DNA of 64,000 nt, the filler included, from Basidiobolus ranarum (taxonomy: Eukaryota), in assembly GCA_040143965.1 (NCBI GenBank). It is 52 parts of 52 records of this genome, joined end to end, with 100 filler letters (N's around TTAATTAATTAA, not from the genome) between each part and the next. Parts side by side here need not be neighbours in the genome. Positions count along the whole stretch, not along the records: positions 49,380 to 50,508 come from JASJQH010006304.1; positions 50,609 to 51,737 come from JASJQH010006305.1; positions 51,838 to 52,966 come from JASJQH010006306.1; positions 53,067 to 54,195 come from JASJQH010006307.1; positions 54,296 to 55,423 come from JASJQH010006308.1; positions 55,524 to 56,651 come from JASJQH010006309.1; positions 56,752 to 57,879 come from JASJQH010006310.1; positions 57,980 to 59,107 come from JASJQH010006311.1; 44 more parts are not named here. One strand, written 5' to 3'. The notes beneath the pieces are model-generated. The model did not search any database and had not been told where the DNA came from. It was given only the letters and a program-made list of their open reading frames with translations. A program made the translations under genes and the position numbers. Position 1 is the stretch's first letter; each line of letters opens with the position of its first letter. This document shows positions 49,280 through 62,888 of the stretch, piece by piece.

Positions 49280-49379
49280 NNNNNNNNNNNNNNNNNNNNN
49301 NNNNNNNNNNNNNNNNNNNNNNNTTAATTAATTAANNNNNNNNNNNNNNNNNNNNNNNNNNNNNNNNNNNNNNNNNNNN

Positions 49380-50508
49380 ATGAGAATAAGTCCTGGGATT
49401 TTGGCAAATTTCCATAAAGAATTAAGCCAATATATCTCAGACTTGCAGTCAACCAATGTGTTGCCAAAAGTAGATGTGTCATTGCTTGAATAAATTACCC
49501 CATTGCTAAAATAATAATCCTGTGTATATTGCTCTATCTCACCAAGAAGTCTGTCTTGCAGCTTTCCTAGAAATTCCATCAGATTATTAAACAAGCAAAT
49601 TAGTCCATATTATCGAGGTACTTACTCTGTGTCCAAGGATTGGGCTTTGTTGCTGTTATTGTTCTCCAACAATGTGAAAACCCATGGGCAAATTAAAAAG
49701 AGCCGTTTGTTGGAAGGTTAATATACTCTGGAGTCACATTAACCCATTGCATTACATCCATCACTGAGTTTGCTGATACATTATTATTCAGATTAGCATA
49801 CAGTAATACTGATAATTTCACACGGAGCATCATTTAGCCACAGGTGTGTTGCATTGGGAACTCCCAGCATGTATAGCAAGGGCCTATATTCTCTAAGCAT
49901 TGTGAAAGATGTAGCAGGGGATGTATTGAATACCAGCATAGATTCAGTCTATCTTCTTTAAACCTGTAAGAAAGTCTTTCATATCCAATTACAAAATCTT
50001 TGCACAGTCACTGTATTTGCCTGAGATATGCCAACGTCAGTTGATGCCATAAGAATATTTTAACAATATTGACAAACTAATGCAAATGTTGCCAATACTT
50101 ATCGGGCAGAAATCTTTTCAAAATTCTACTTGAATATATACAAATCCAATACTTCCAGTCTTTGCATTTGAATAAACACTTAGATGAGTGGATGTTGATG
50201 GGAGTCCTGGCAAAATATGATGGTATCTTGATGTTTTCAAGCATTTTCCCAATTGATTCAAACTTTGAACCTATCTTGAATGGCTCATGCATATTGAATT
50301 TTCCTCTATATAGCTGAGTAAGTACTATTGGAATGTTGTTGAATAGTAAGTGCATAGTGCCTAATAGGAATCTCTGGTTCCAACTGATCCCCTTTATCAA
50401 TATAATCTTAGGATTTCGGCTAATACCAAGTTTGACGTTAGACTGACTATTTGGTGAATTGATATCAGTGATCATATTGAAATCTGACAGGGCTCTTGAC
50501 AGTAAAAT
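49380..50508 (-). mobile_element. CACTA transposase central/C-terminal region, degenerate
   Basis: Bridges the 35837-36420 type and 15600-15988 type segments. Confidence 0.78.
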
Positions 50509-50608
50509 NNNNNNNNNNNNNNNNNNNNNNNNNNNNNNNNNNNNNNNNNNNNTTAATTAATTAANNNNNNNNNNNNNNNNNNNNNNNNNNNNNNNNNNNN
50601 NNNNNNNN

Positions 50609-51737
50609 TAGAGTGGGTTGTTTCTTGCTATTCCAAGATATGGCTGCTTCACTATAGAGAAAGGTATATACAGTGATAGATCATTTGTCCTCAATATTAC
50701 ATACCCAATCTGCATCACTGAGCCCAATTAGATGCTTATTTCCATAGGAATATGTGTTTCTTAATCCCAGATCAATTGTCCACTTCAAATATCTGAAAAT
50801 CTACTAACTGCTGCATAATGCTCAGATCCTGGGTTATGCATATGTTGGCTGACTACTCCCACTGTCAAAGACAAATCTGGCTGGGTCCGGTCATAGCATA
50901 GATAAAAGTACCTACCATACATTGAAAGGGGGACTCAGGGCTTTCAAATGACTTATTTTGAGCCATATTTGGCTGATTTTCATCATTTTGGATGGGATTT
51001 TTGACTAGTTTCACACCTGGATCCATGGGAGTTGCTACTGGCTTGTAATTCTCCATCCTGTAATGTCTGAAGATATCCAAGATGAATTTAGATTGATTAA
51101 GAGTGATAGATTTGCTCAATATATCTGTATGGATCTGCAGGCCTAAAAAATATGTAAGTTCATCTACATTGGTCATCTTGAATTGGACTGATAGATCCCC
51201 TTTGGTATTCCTGAGAGTTTCATCATTATTGGTAGCTATAATCGGATTATCTACATATAAGGCATGTATCACCTGACCATCCTTATCTGTCTTAAAGTAG
51301 GTCCAAAAATTTGTTGTATTCTTTTAGAAATCCAGTATTCCAAGTATTTATCTATGTTAGTGTACCAGGCCTTGGGTGATTATTTAAGTCCATACAGTGA
51401 TTTTTGTACCTTACACACATCCTCAGAGTGCTTAGGATTCACAAAATCATCTGGTTGCTCAATGAATATATCCTCTTCCAAGTCCTTATTCAAAAATGCA
51501 GTTTTAACATCCATTTGATGGATTTTTAAGCTGTGTTTTGCTGCTACTGCTAGAATGGTTCTGATGGAATTAAACCTTGCTACAGAAGAAAATGTTTCAT
51601 TGTAGTCCACTCCTTCCATTTGAGAGTATGCATTAGCCACAAGGCTGGCTTTATATCTTTCTACGCATCCATCAGCTTGCCACTTGACTTTAGACACTGA
51701 TCTGCCTCCAATTGATTTTTGGTCATCAGGTCACTTA
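50609..51737 (-). mobile_element. Ty1/copia RT-RNase H, degenerate
   Basis: GVDYNETF, QMDVKTAFLN, KSLYGLK, LYVD, SDADW. Confidence 0.9.
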
Positions 51738-51837
51738 NNNNNNNNNNNNNNNNNNNNNNNNNNNNNNNNNNNNNNNNNNNNTTAATTAATTAANNNNNNN
51801 NNNNNNNNNNNNNNNNNNNNNNNNNNNNNNNNNNNNN

Positions 51838-52966
51838 TCTGGTGGTCTACACCCAAGTACTCTCCTGCCTTCTAGCCTCTTGTCATTGTTTCCTGTCCTG
51901 GTCCAGTCCCTTATTGTGACAGTTTGATCAGACTACTTATACTTGCCTGTAGACTTCTCTCTATCCCTGTTCTCCAACCTTGCAACCCCCCAAGGTTGGT
52001 TTCCCTCTTCTTTCCCATATTTCTCAAGCTTCCCTATTAAGGCAAACATACCTTCCACCTTTAGATAATTGCTCTAATTGCATCCTTGTCAAGACACTAC
52101 TGGTTGTGTTTACAGTTGTTTTTGAGCAAAGAAGCTTTAGTACTTGATCAAGATCAAAGGATGTTGTTACCAGCATATTCTTTTGTCAAGGCACCAATCA
52201 TTTCTTCAACAGAAAGTTGGACACTGCATTGTGATTATCATTCCCAGAGAAACTTGTGGTTTTTAAAACTTCCCCCTCCCAACATAGTAAGTATTATGTC
52301 TACACCAGCCAACACAATGGAAGATATCATGCAAGCTCTTACGCAGCTTCAGCAAGAAAATCAAGAGCTTTGTACTTCCATTGCTCAAGTACAGAATCCA
52401 GCTCCACCCAACTATACTGTAAATCCAAAATCTCCTTACCAAATAAGTTTGTTGGAACTTGCCAAAACTATTGTGGTTTTATTAACCAAGTAAAGCTCAT
52501 CATCCAGTTACATCCCCATTGCTACCCCTCTGACTAAACAAAAGTAGGCTTAATGGGAACACTACTATCAGGAACAGCTCTATCTTGGTTAGCTCCTTTG
52601 ATGGAACATCAGTCTCCACTACTTTCAAAGTTCCTTGCCTCTCTTGCTGAACTGGAAGCCACATTTGAAAATGATGATAAGTAAAGAACTTTTGCCACCA
52701 AGATCCATGCACTTAAACAAGGGTCCAAGCCTGCATCAACATATGCTGCAGAATTCTGCCTTCTTGCCTATGATCTCAATTGGGGAGAATCTGCCCTGAT
52801 CAACCAATTCCAATATGGACTCCAAGAAAATATAAGGATCTTTTACTCACTATGACTGACCCAGTGACCTTGACTGTTGCTATCCATCAGGCAGTTAAAT
52901 GTTACACCCGGTTGTTTGAAAGCCAACAAACCCCCTGGCCAACCCCTGCAGGCCCCCCCCCCAAGG
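51838..52966 (+). mobile_element. Ty3/gypsy 5' LTR-B end (51921), PBS, leader and degenerate gag
   Basis: Second copy of 33371-34503. Confidence 0.88.
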
Positions 52967-53369
52967 NNNNNNNNNNNNNNNNNNNNNNNNNNNNNNNNNN
53001 NNNNNNNNNNTTAATTAATTAANNNNNNNNNNNNNNNNNNNNNNNNNNNNNNNNNNNNNNNNNNNNACTATTGAGAGTAATGAGGAAACTTGATTAACAT
53101 TATGAATTAGTAATATTTGTAAAAACTATGTGATATTTACAAGATTAAATAAAGAAGAAAGTGAATATTAAATATATCATAATTATATTACAAATCTAGC
53201 CAACAGGCTCCTAAATACTTTAACAGTCTGTCAATGTATGGTACTTTGGCATTTCAGCTATACAAGCAACTGATGGGCCTTTGACTATGTGTTCAGATGC
53301 AGTCACCATACTCCATATTTTCCTCTTTGGGAATTACTGCTTCTACCACAAGTCACCAGACTTTCAACA

Positions 53370-54195
53370 GTTTCCAGTCCAGATTTCAATAGAAGTTTTA
53401 GAGTCATGGTTGCTACATGCTGGACTTCTATTTTGTAGATATGTAACTGTTAAAATAGCTTCACCCTAATAGGTCTTAGGCAGATCTGAATCAATCAGCA
53501 TTGTATGGGCTTCTCTACTAAAGTCCTATTCACCTTTTCTGCAACTCCATTTTGTTCTGCACTATATGGAATAGTAAATTGCTGCTGAATTTGCTTTTCT
53601 TGACAAAAGCTAGTCATGGCTTCATTGCTAAATTCAGCTTCATTATCACTGCATAGGTATTTGATTTTTCTTTCTGTTATGGTTGTGACCATTGCTTCAT
53701 ATATCTTGAAATATTGAAACACTTCTCCTTTACTTGACAGAAGATATGAAACTGTGTAGGGAGATTTATCATCAAAAAAGATGAGTAAATATCATCACTT
53801 ACTTGGTGTCAGAGATTGCATTGGGCCACATAAGTCTATATGAATTGGATCCAATAATCTTTGGCTTTGCTAGCTTCTTCTTTTGGAAATGGTTTTCTGG
53901 TGATTTTCCCTTGAATACACCTTTCACATTTAGTAATATCTGAGGGCTTAAGATCCATTCCAGTATATAGGCTATTTTTATATAATAGTTTCACACTATT
54001 ATAGCTTAGATGACCCAAGTGCTGATGCTATGTCATCAAGTTTCCAGAAGTAATTGTTGCAAAGTTAGAAACAGTCTCAGTTACTGGTGCAATATCCAGG
54101 TGATATAGATTCCCAATTCTTGTTCCAGTTGCTACTATCAAGTCCTTTGATTTGTATATGGTTGCTTTTCCTTGGCTGAATTTGACATCATAATG
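53370..54195 (-). mobile_element. Ty1/copia GAG-pre-integrase and integrase, degenerate
   Basis: LGHLSY, CERCIQGK, SDN..EF, PYSAEQNGVAEK.NRTL. Confidence 0.85.
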
Positions 54196-54295
54196 NNNNN
54201 NNNNNNNNNNNNNNNNNNNNNNNNNNNNNNNNNNNNNNNTTAATTAATTAANNNNNNNNNNNNNNNNNNNNNNNNNNNNNNNNNNNNNNNNNNNN

Positions 54296-55423
54296 CTTGA
54301 CTGATCAGACATAACTTATTAACAGCAATATAGTTTGCCAGCAAACTCATAGTTGTAAAATGGCTAATCATCGGAGTATTAGAGTAGAGCTTGCACTTGG
54401 CAAATAGCTGTCTCTTGTTACCATTGACAATGAGACCAAACTCTTGGATTTTGGCAAATTTCTGAAAAGTATTCAGCCAAGATATCCCCAAATCACAGAC
54501 AACAAGTGTCCTCCCACAAGTGGATCTGTCATTGCTCAAATAGACTAGCCTAAGGCTAAGACAATAATACTGCTTATGTCAATCTATATACCTAGAAATA
54601 TGTCTTGCAGCTTTCCTAGAAATACCATCAGATAATCACATAAACAAAATAGCTTGTAGCATAGAGGTACTAACTCCTTAACAGAAATTTAAAGATTTTC
54701 AGCACAAGAAAACCATCACAATTTTAATCCATATTGGATTGAGAACTCTCTTACTGTCATAATATTGTCAAGTAAGATTTAATTTTAACAAATCTTTTCA
54801 ATATCAGGAGTGAAGTTTCAAGATCTTGCAAAATAGTTGTTCATGACTGGCTACAATCTCATAGCATATGGATCAGCACATGTGCAAATGCATAACTCAA
54901 ATTTTACACATTTACCACTTGAATACCAATATGTCTCCCTTGAAATCTCTAGTTTCTTTGATATATTCTCCTGAATATTTTTATTCAGTTCTTTATACCC
55001 AAGTTTAAGCTCATATCCAACATAAGCTTGTATCAATATCTGCATTGGAGCTCACCATTGTATTGATGTTACTGAATTATCATTCTTCCAGCTCTCTGAA
55101 GGATACCCTGAAGTATTGTGCCACTGTATATATAATTATTCCCAGATATCTGCATAGTCTACATCAGACTGAATGTCAAGTCAAATGTTCTTCTTCTGAA
55201 GCAACCGTGGGCATACTTGCACTGAGTCTTTCTCTTCAAAATTTTGAAAAAACTCTTCAAGCACTGACACTAATTTATACATTCTTGTAGTGTGACACTA
55301 CTCCTAGTACTTTTCCTTGTTGGGGTGGCTTTTTACTTGCCTTTAAGTTTGGGGCTAATTCAACACTTTCAAGTGTACCAGTTGAGGTTGGAGAGCCATG
55401 AGCTTTATTTGCTGTGCTTTAAC
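54296..55423 (-). mobile_element. Old CACTA fragments (transposase piece, left TIR about 54676, ORF2)
   Basis: Diverged homology to 60435-61030 and 15480-15760. Confidence 0.65.
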
Positions 55424-55523
55424 NNNNNNNNNNNNNNNNNNNNNNNNNNNNNNNNNNNNNNNNNNNNTTAATTAATTAANNNNNNNNNNNNNNNNNNNNN
55501 NNNNNNNNNNNNNNNNNNNNNNN

Positions 55524-56651
55524 GGCCAACCATCCTCAAAAATACCTCTTCCCCATACTTCACAATCTTTGCAGTTGTACCAATCATTCAAGCTGCCCAT
55601 TACACTTCTGCTACCAAATTCAAAGTCAGTAAAAACAACTGAACTTCTTGATGCAGGTGCTTCCTCCAGTTTTATTGACTCTGCCTTTGTCAAATCCCAC
55701 CCTCTGCCAACAATGAAGAAATCTAGTCCAGTCCTTGTAGCAGTAATTGATGAAAGGCTGCTATTGTCAGCTACTGTGACACATGAGACAACCTTTATGC
55801 CACTCAAGTCCACTGCTTATCAAGAAGAAATAGCCTTTAATATCATTTCTTCACCTCACCACCCAGTCATCCTTGGCTTCTCTTGACTCATGCAGCACAA
55901 CCCAGTAATCCACTTGAAGAAGAAGAGTATCATGTTCAAGCAAACTCCACCTCCTAGTCTATATATGCCAAACTGCAAAGTATCCAAATCATCACCAGCC
56001 CAAATCCTAAAAACATCTATGAAGGCAATATCTATTGACAATGTTGCTCAAGAGCTGACACTACCAAAACCTATGGTTCATAAGCTCCCACCCAAATATT
56101 TAGCCTTTGCTGATGTCTTTGAAAAGAAGAAATCTGATATACTCCCAGCTCACCACCAATAAAATTGTCGTAAAGATCTACAAGAAGGAAAGCAACCACC
56201 ATTTGGGCCTATCTACAAGCTGATCCAGCCAGAACTCAACATTTCAAAAGAGTACATTGCAAAAAATATGGAGAAAGGATTTATCCCACATTCAAAGTCC
56301 CCAGCAGGCTCTGCAATCTTATTTGTTAAGAAAAAGGAGGAATCCCTCAGTCTCTGTGGGGATTATCAAGGCCTAAATAGCATTACAGTCAAAATTGGTA
56401 CCCCTTGCCATTAATCAACTCACTCTTGGATTAGCTTGCCTCAGCCAAGGTGTTTACAAAGATTGACTCAAGAGGAGCTTACAATCTTGTAGGAATCAAA
56501 TCAGGAGACCAATGGAAAACTGCCTTTCAAACTTGCTATGGACACTTTCAATACAATGTCATGCCATTTGGACTTACCAATGCTCCTGCAGTCTTTCAAC
56601 TCATGATGAATGATATCTTCAGAGAGTAGCTTGACCAATATGTGGTAATAT
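55524..56651 (+). mobile_element. Ty3/gypsy aspartic protease and RT, degenerate
   Basis: [61 protein letters not shown]. Confidence 0.92.
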
Positions 56652-57979
56652 NNNNNNNNNNNNNNNNNNNNNNNNNNNNNNNNNNNNNNNNNNNNTTAAT
56701 TAATTAANNNNNNNNNNNNNNNNNNNNNNNNNNNNNNNNNNNNNNNNNNNNATCTAGGATTCCCTTATGTTTTACCTCAGAAACATTGCTGTTGCTGCAA
56801 GATCTCTGACTTTACACCTGATCATTGCCCACGCATCTGAAATGATTCAGGAGACGGATGTCTAAGGCAACGTGAGTTGAATTCCAGGCTCTCTCACGAC
56901 TGGGGAGAGTGTGATCTTCTATGGTGTGTTGAGTCCATTCTCCCACGTTGACATCTCAAGTTGCTCCAGATCTCTCTATGCCCTAAACTGCACCTTTCAT
57001 CACTATACACCCAAGAAGCCTTAGTCTTCACTTGTAATATCTATTAGCTTACAAGATCAAGTCGATAGTAGCAGCCATGGGAAGTGAACAGTGGTATGAG
57101 ATAGCAAAATTAGTTATCGCTATATTATTTGAGAAATATGGGCCATTGACAACTGAAAGTTGCATGACAGGTTTCTTATCGCCAACCTCAAAGTAGAATC
57201 ATGTAAAAGAGGATGGTGGGTATAATGCTATGAACTAGTAGAAGTATATGATGCTCTAGTCATATGACGTCATTAAGCGGCATGTTTATATAAGCTTTCT
57301 CGAGATATTTAGTGACTACAGTATGAGCACAGAAAGAAGGTCTCACTAGGCAAGGGAATTATCTTATTTGAAATGGCTGATCTCGGTCTCGATATATATT
57401 CCAAGTGTGACAGCATGAAAGCTCTGAAACAAGTAGTTGATTTGGATCAGATTTACAATATAGACACTAATACTAACCAGATTCTCTCTATTTTGTGATT
57501 TTACATGAAGATGGGGCTATTATGAGAAAGAGTAAAGCAAAATAATAACCAACAAGTACCAAAGAGTGCCTACTGTTTATACAAACATTCAATTGTGATA
57601 AAAGTGCACATAAATAGGATCCAATAAACACTGGAACTCGATTAAGATGCACAGATTACAAATATGTACTTTAACCAGTACCCTAGACATAAGGTAGTCA
57701 ATAAAAAAGTATCCTTATCACATGTGATTCCCACTACAAAATCACTTTTGTTGCATAGGCTTGATGTTTATACTGTTAAAGTATTTGGGAGCCTGTTGGA
57801 AGTGGTTTGGAGAATTAGAGGAATTGGTGGTTTTCACTTATTGATTTATTGAGTAGAAAGTTGACATTTATAGTTTTGTNNNNNNNNNNNNNNNNNNNNN
57901 NNNNNNNNNNNNNNNNNNNNNNNTTAATTAATTAANNNNNNNNNNNNNNNNNNNNNNNNNNNNNNNNNNNNNNNNNNNN

Positions 57980-59107
57980 CAGCAGTTACAACAAATCTGT
58001 TTTCAATTGGAGCTATAGAAAAGAAACATTATGATGTCAAATTCAGCCAAGGAAAAGCAACCACATACTAATCAAAGGACTTGATAGTAGCAACTGGAAC
58101 AAAAATTGGGAATCTATATCACCAGGATATTGCACTAATAACTGAGACTTTTTCTAACGTTGCAACAATTACTTCTAGAAACTTGATGATTTGCATTGGA
58201 GCTTGTGTCAGCTAAACTATAATAGTGTGAAACTATTATAAAAAAATAGCCTATGTACTGGAATAGATCTTAAGCCCTCAGATATTACTAAATGTGAAAG
58301 CTGTATTCAAGGGAAAATCACCAGAAAACCATTTCCAAAAGAATGAGCTAGTAAAGCCAAAGTTTTATTGGATCTTATTCATACAGACTTATGTGGCCCA
58401 ATGCAAACTCCTACACAAAGTAAGCAATAATATTTACACTACTTTGTTGATGTTAAATCACACCTCACACTTTCATATCTTCTGTCAAGTAAAGGATACA
58501 TGTTTCAATAATTCAAGATATAGCAAGCAATGGTCAAAACCATGATAGGAAGAAAACTGAAACACCTACACAGTAATAATGGAACTGTATTTAGCAATGA
58601 GGCCATGACTAGCTTTTGTCAAGAAAAGGGATTCAGCAGGAATTTACTCTTACATATAGTGCAGAGCAACATAATGTTGCAGAAAGGATGAATAAGACTT
58701 TGGTAGAGAAAGCATGAACAATGCTGATTGATTCCAATCTGCCTAAGACCTATTGGGGTGAAGCTATTTTAACAGGTACATATCTCCAAAATAGAAGTCT
58801 AACATGTAGCAATCATGATTCTAAAGCGCCTATTGAGATCTGGACTGGAAACAAGCCTAATATGAATCGCCTCAGAATAACAGCTGATGGTATTCATGGG
58901 CTATATCTAAAATACCACCCTTATGTAGGAGGTGTTCTTTTTTCCTCAAACTCCTTCCCATGCTACAACACAAACATTTAAAGAAGCTCTGCATTTATTG
59001 TCACAAATTCTAGCACTATCAAAGCCAGAGGCTTCACCAAAAAATAATTACAAGCACAGTAACTGTGTAAAGCCACCAGCTGCACAAGCCCAGGTAAATA
59101 TTAACAG
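57980..59107 (+). mobile_element. Degenerate copia integrase (to about 58870), then CACTA transposase 5' fragment
   Basis: Homologous to 53370-54195 (reverse) and 41440-41680. Confidence 0.78.
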
Positions 59108-59207
59108 NNNNNNNNNNNNNNNNNNNNNNNNNNNNNNNNNNNNNNNNNNNNTTAATTAATTAANNNNNNNNNNNNNNNNNNNNNNNNNNNNNNNNNNNNN
59201 NNNNNNN

Positions 59208-60334
59208 TTTGGATTTCAACATAGAATATCAGTTCACCAAGATCAGTCATTTTGAATTCAGCAGATAAGCTGGATTTGGTTTTCTCCAAAGTCTTCAAGT
59301 CATTGTTTGCCATAATAAGGTCATATACACATAAGTATAATAAAACTGGGTTTGTCTTATCTGGCCTGAAGTAGATACTATAGTCAGCATTACTCTTTTG
59401 GAATTCAGGTACTTCCAAAAAAGTGTCTACTTTGCTATCCAAGCTCTTGGAGATTGCTTTAAGCCATAGAGTGTTTACTGGAGTCTGCAAATTTTTTAGG
59501 GTTTTCTGGGGCCACAAATCCATCTGGCTGGTCCATATAAATATTCTTAGCAAGCTCACTATTCAAAAAAGTAGCTTTAACAACCATTTGATGTATAATA
59601 AACTGATATTTAGCTAAAGTTGCTAAATCAATCTAATTGAATTAAACTTTGCTATAGGAGCAAAGTTTCTGTATAGTCTATTCCTAGTGTTTGGGAATAG
59701 CCTTTGGCTACTAGTCTAGCCTTATACCTTTCTATATTGCCATCAAAGTTGTATTTAACTCTAAACACTCATTGGCAACCAATTGATTTACTATCATCAG
59801 TTAAGTTGAGTAAAATTCTAGTTTGATTATTAATCAAAGCCTGATACTCATTGGTCATTGCAGATCTCCAAAATTCTGTGTGAGGGCTGTTCAAGGCCTC
59901 TTTTATAGTCTGGGGTTCATTTACTTGAGCAGTGCAGGCATAGGCCCAATTTTGGGACTCTTTGCTATAGTAATCAAGGCTATTTCTGATCCAATTTGAT
60001 CTCCTGGCTTGGGATTAAGCTACTACCACTTCTAGCATTGCATTTGGCTCTTTGGTAGGCAAATTTTTGGTTGAAGAGTCCACAGGAATGCTATTTTCTT
60101 TTTTGTTTTGGTTTGAATTAATTTGAACAATTGGATCAGGAGAAAATTGATTTCTGTCATCATCTGAGTTCATTTTGGGTGAAAATATTTCATTTTCATT
60201 AAACAAATGTCCCTGGACTTATTTTGTTGAAGTTTATTGTCTTTATCATATATGTTATCTCTATCTTTATACACCTAACTATTTCATATATCACATATTA
60301 GTTAGTCAACATTATTTAGTCAAATATTACTTAG
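59208..60334 (-). mobile_element. Ty1/copia IN-RT region, degenerate, abutting an LTR-D start (about 60225, +)
   Basis: [40 protein letters not shown]. Confidence 0.85.
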
Positions 60335-60434
60335 NNNNNNNNNNNNNNNNNNNNNNNNNNNNNNNNNNNNNNNNNNNNTTAATTAATTAANNNNNNNNNN
60401 NNNNNNNNNNNNNNNNNNNNNNNNNNNNNNNNNN

Positions 60435-61030
60435 GTCAAAGTGCTTGAGGAGTATTTTCAAAAGTATGAAGGGAAAAACGCAGTGCAAGTATGCAGAAAG
60501 TGGCTTCAGAAGAAGAACATTCAACTTGACATTCAGTCTGGTGTTGACCGTGCAGATATCTGGGAAGAACTTAATACAGAGTGGCACAATATCGCAGGGT
60601 ATCCACCAGATAGCTGGAAGAATGTTGATTCAGCAACGTTAATACAATGGTGGGCTTTGATGGAGATATTGACACAAACTCATGTTGGGTATGAGCTAAA
60701 CCTTGGGTATGAAGAACTCTATAAAAATATTCAGGAGAATATATCAAAGAGACTAGGGATTTTGAAGGTGACAAATTAGCGTTCAAGTGGTAATTGTGTA
60801 AAATTTGAGTTACGTTTTTTGCACATGTGTTGATCCATAGTTCTCTGAGATTTTAGCCAATCATTTGCAACTATTTTGCGAGATCTTGAAATTTCACTCC
60901 TGAAACTGAAAAAATTGATTAAAATCAAATCTAACTTGACGATTTTATGACGGTAAGTAAACGGTCAATCCCAAATGGATTAAAATTGTGATGGTTTTCC
61001 TACGATAACAATCCTCAAATTTCTGTTAGG
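60435..61030 (+). mobile_element. Young CACTA copy: intact ORF2 3' end (to 60779) and left TIR (...TTTCTGTTAGGG), inserted in copia integrase (61031-61561, -)
   Basis: Stop-free LEEYFQKYEGK...GILKVTN; retains CpGs lost in other copies. Confidence 0.8.
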
Positions 61031-61661
61031 GTATAGTAATCAGGGCTGTCTCTGAACTGATTTGATGTCTTGATTTTGGGATAAAGGTACCACAACTTCT
61101 GGCATTGTATTGGGCACTTCAGTAGGCAAACCTCTGGTTTAGAGGTGCACAGGAATGCTATTTTCTTCATTGTGTTGGTTTGAATCAATTGGAATGCCTG
61201 GATTAGGAGAAAAGTGATTTTCATTATCATCTGAGGTCATTTTGGATGAAATTTTTCATTTTCATTAAACAAAATATCCCTGGACTTGTTTAACTTGGAA
61301 ATTCTGGTAATGTAGAGTCTGTTGGCCTCAACTTGAGTTGAAAAACCCAGAAATATGCATTTCTTATTTTTGGATCAAATTTAGACCAATTTTTGTTCTT
61401 AATTTTGCTATAAGCAATGTATATGATGATCCTCAAATATTTTACATCAGGTTTAACTCCAAACCAAGCTTGATATGGTGTAGAGTTAGATAGACTTCTA
61501 CTAAAATTCCTATTTTTCAGATATACAGCTGTAGTAACAGACTCTGCCCAAAAGTTATGAGNNNNNNNNNNNNNNNNNNNNNNNNNNNNNNNNNNNNNNN
61601 NNNNNTTAATTAATTAANNNNNNNNNNNNNNNNNNNNNNNNNNNNNNNNNNNNNNNNNNNN

Positions 61662-62788
61662 ATAAAGGCATGCATATTAATTCAAATTCCTACAGCTGTA
61701 AACCCAGTAATTTGCCATTCAAAAATTATATTTTTGCAAAAGTTGCTGGATATTGAATATTGAATGCCATATTTGAGGATCAATATTTTAACATGTATGA
61801 ATACCATTAAGATACCATCAAGAAACCGCCATTACCCCATCAAAATCCCTGGCAGAATGCAAGCCAACAATATTGTGATGGTTCTCTGATGGTTTTGCTA
61901 TTTTGGAGGGTGGATCTGCTCCAGATCAAATCAATTTTATTTTTGTTAGGGTGAAGTCATGTACTGTTTGCACACAATGGGCAATCACTAAATCAGGTAA
62001 ATATTGTTCAAATTTGGCTTACATACCATTGATTCCTGGTCTTAAAGTTTTGATGAAATCACCCAAATATAGATCATTGATCCAATACCAAAATACTCGC
62101 CATAAAGCTGATGTTATTGCCAATATACTTGATGGATATCACTACCAGAATCTGAAAAGTCAAGGTTTCTTTGAGAACACATGTCATAATATTTTGATAC
62201 TATCCATCATATCTGGACCTAAATCACCAGTGCTTATAGATAGCTTCTAGGAGCCTATGATTGTGGAATTTGAATGGTTACCTAATGGGGTTCAGATGTA
62301 TGAATAGTTTATTAAAGCTAATATCATTATATATATTGGAGACACTCCTGCCATCAGTAAAGTTAGAGGTTTTTGTGGGCACAATGCACTGTCTTGCTGT
62401 AGATTTTGTAAAATCAATGGAGTTTACTCTAACAGGCATAAGCATTACAAGTATCCAAATACAACACTAAACTCCATGATTTTACCATTAAGAGCCCAGT
62501 TAGATTTCAACATGATCACTGATATCAATTCACCAAATAGTCAGTCTAACACCAAACTTGGTAATAGCCATAAGCCTAAGATTATATTGCTAAAGGGGAT
62601 CAGCTGGAGCCAGAGCTTCCCATTACACACTATGCACTTACGATTCAACAACATTGCAATACTACTTACTCAGCTACATGGTGGAAAATTCAATATGAAT
62701 GAGCCATTCAAGATAGGATCAAAGTTTGAATCAATTGGGAAAATGCTTGAAAACGTCAAGATACCATCATATTTTACCAGGACTCCCA
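61662..62788 (+). mobile_element. CACTA right TIR (61950) nested in a CACTA transposase core
   Basis: TTTTGTTAGGG followed by KSCTVC...GPKSP.LIDSF...IGDTPAISK. Confidence 0.78.
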
Positions 62789-62888
62789 NNNNNNNNNNNN
62801 NNNNNNNNNNNNNNNNNNNNNNNNNNNNNNNNTTAATTAATTAANNNNNNNNNNNNNNNNNNNNNNNNNNNNNNNNNNNNNNNNNNNN

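Noticed and set aside
56752-57770. Unique sequence as a gene remnant
   Set aside because: No ORF or motif I can recognise.
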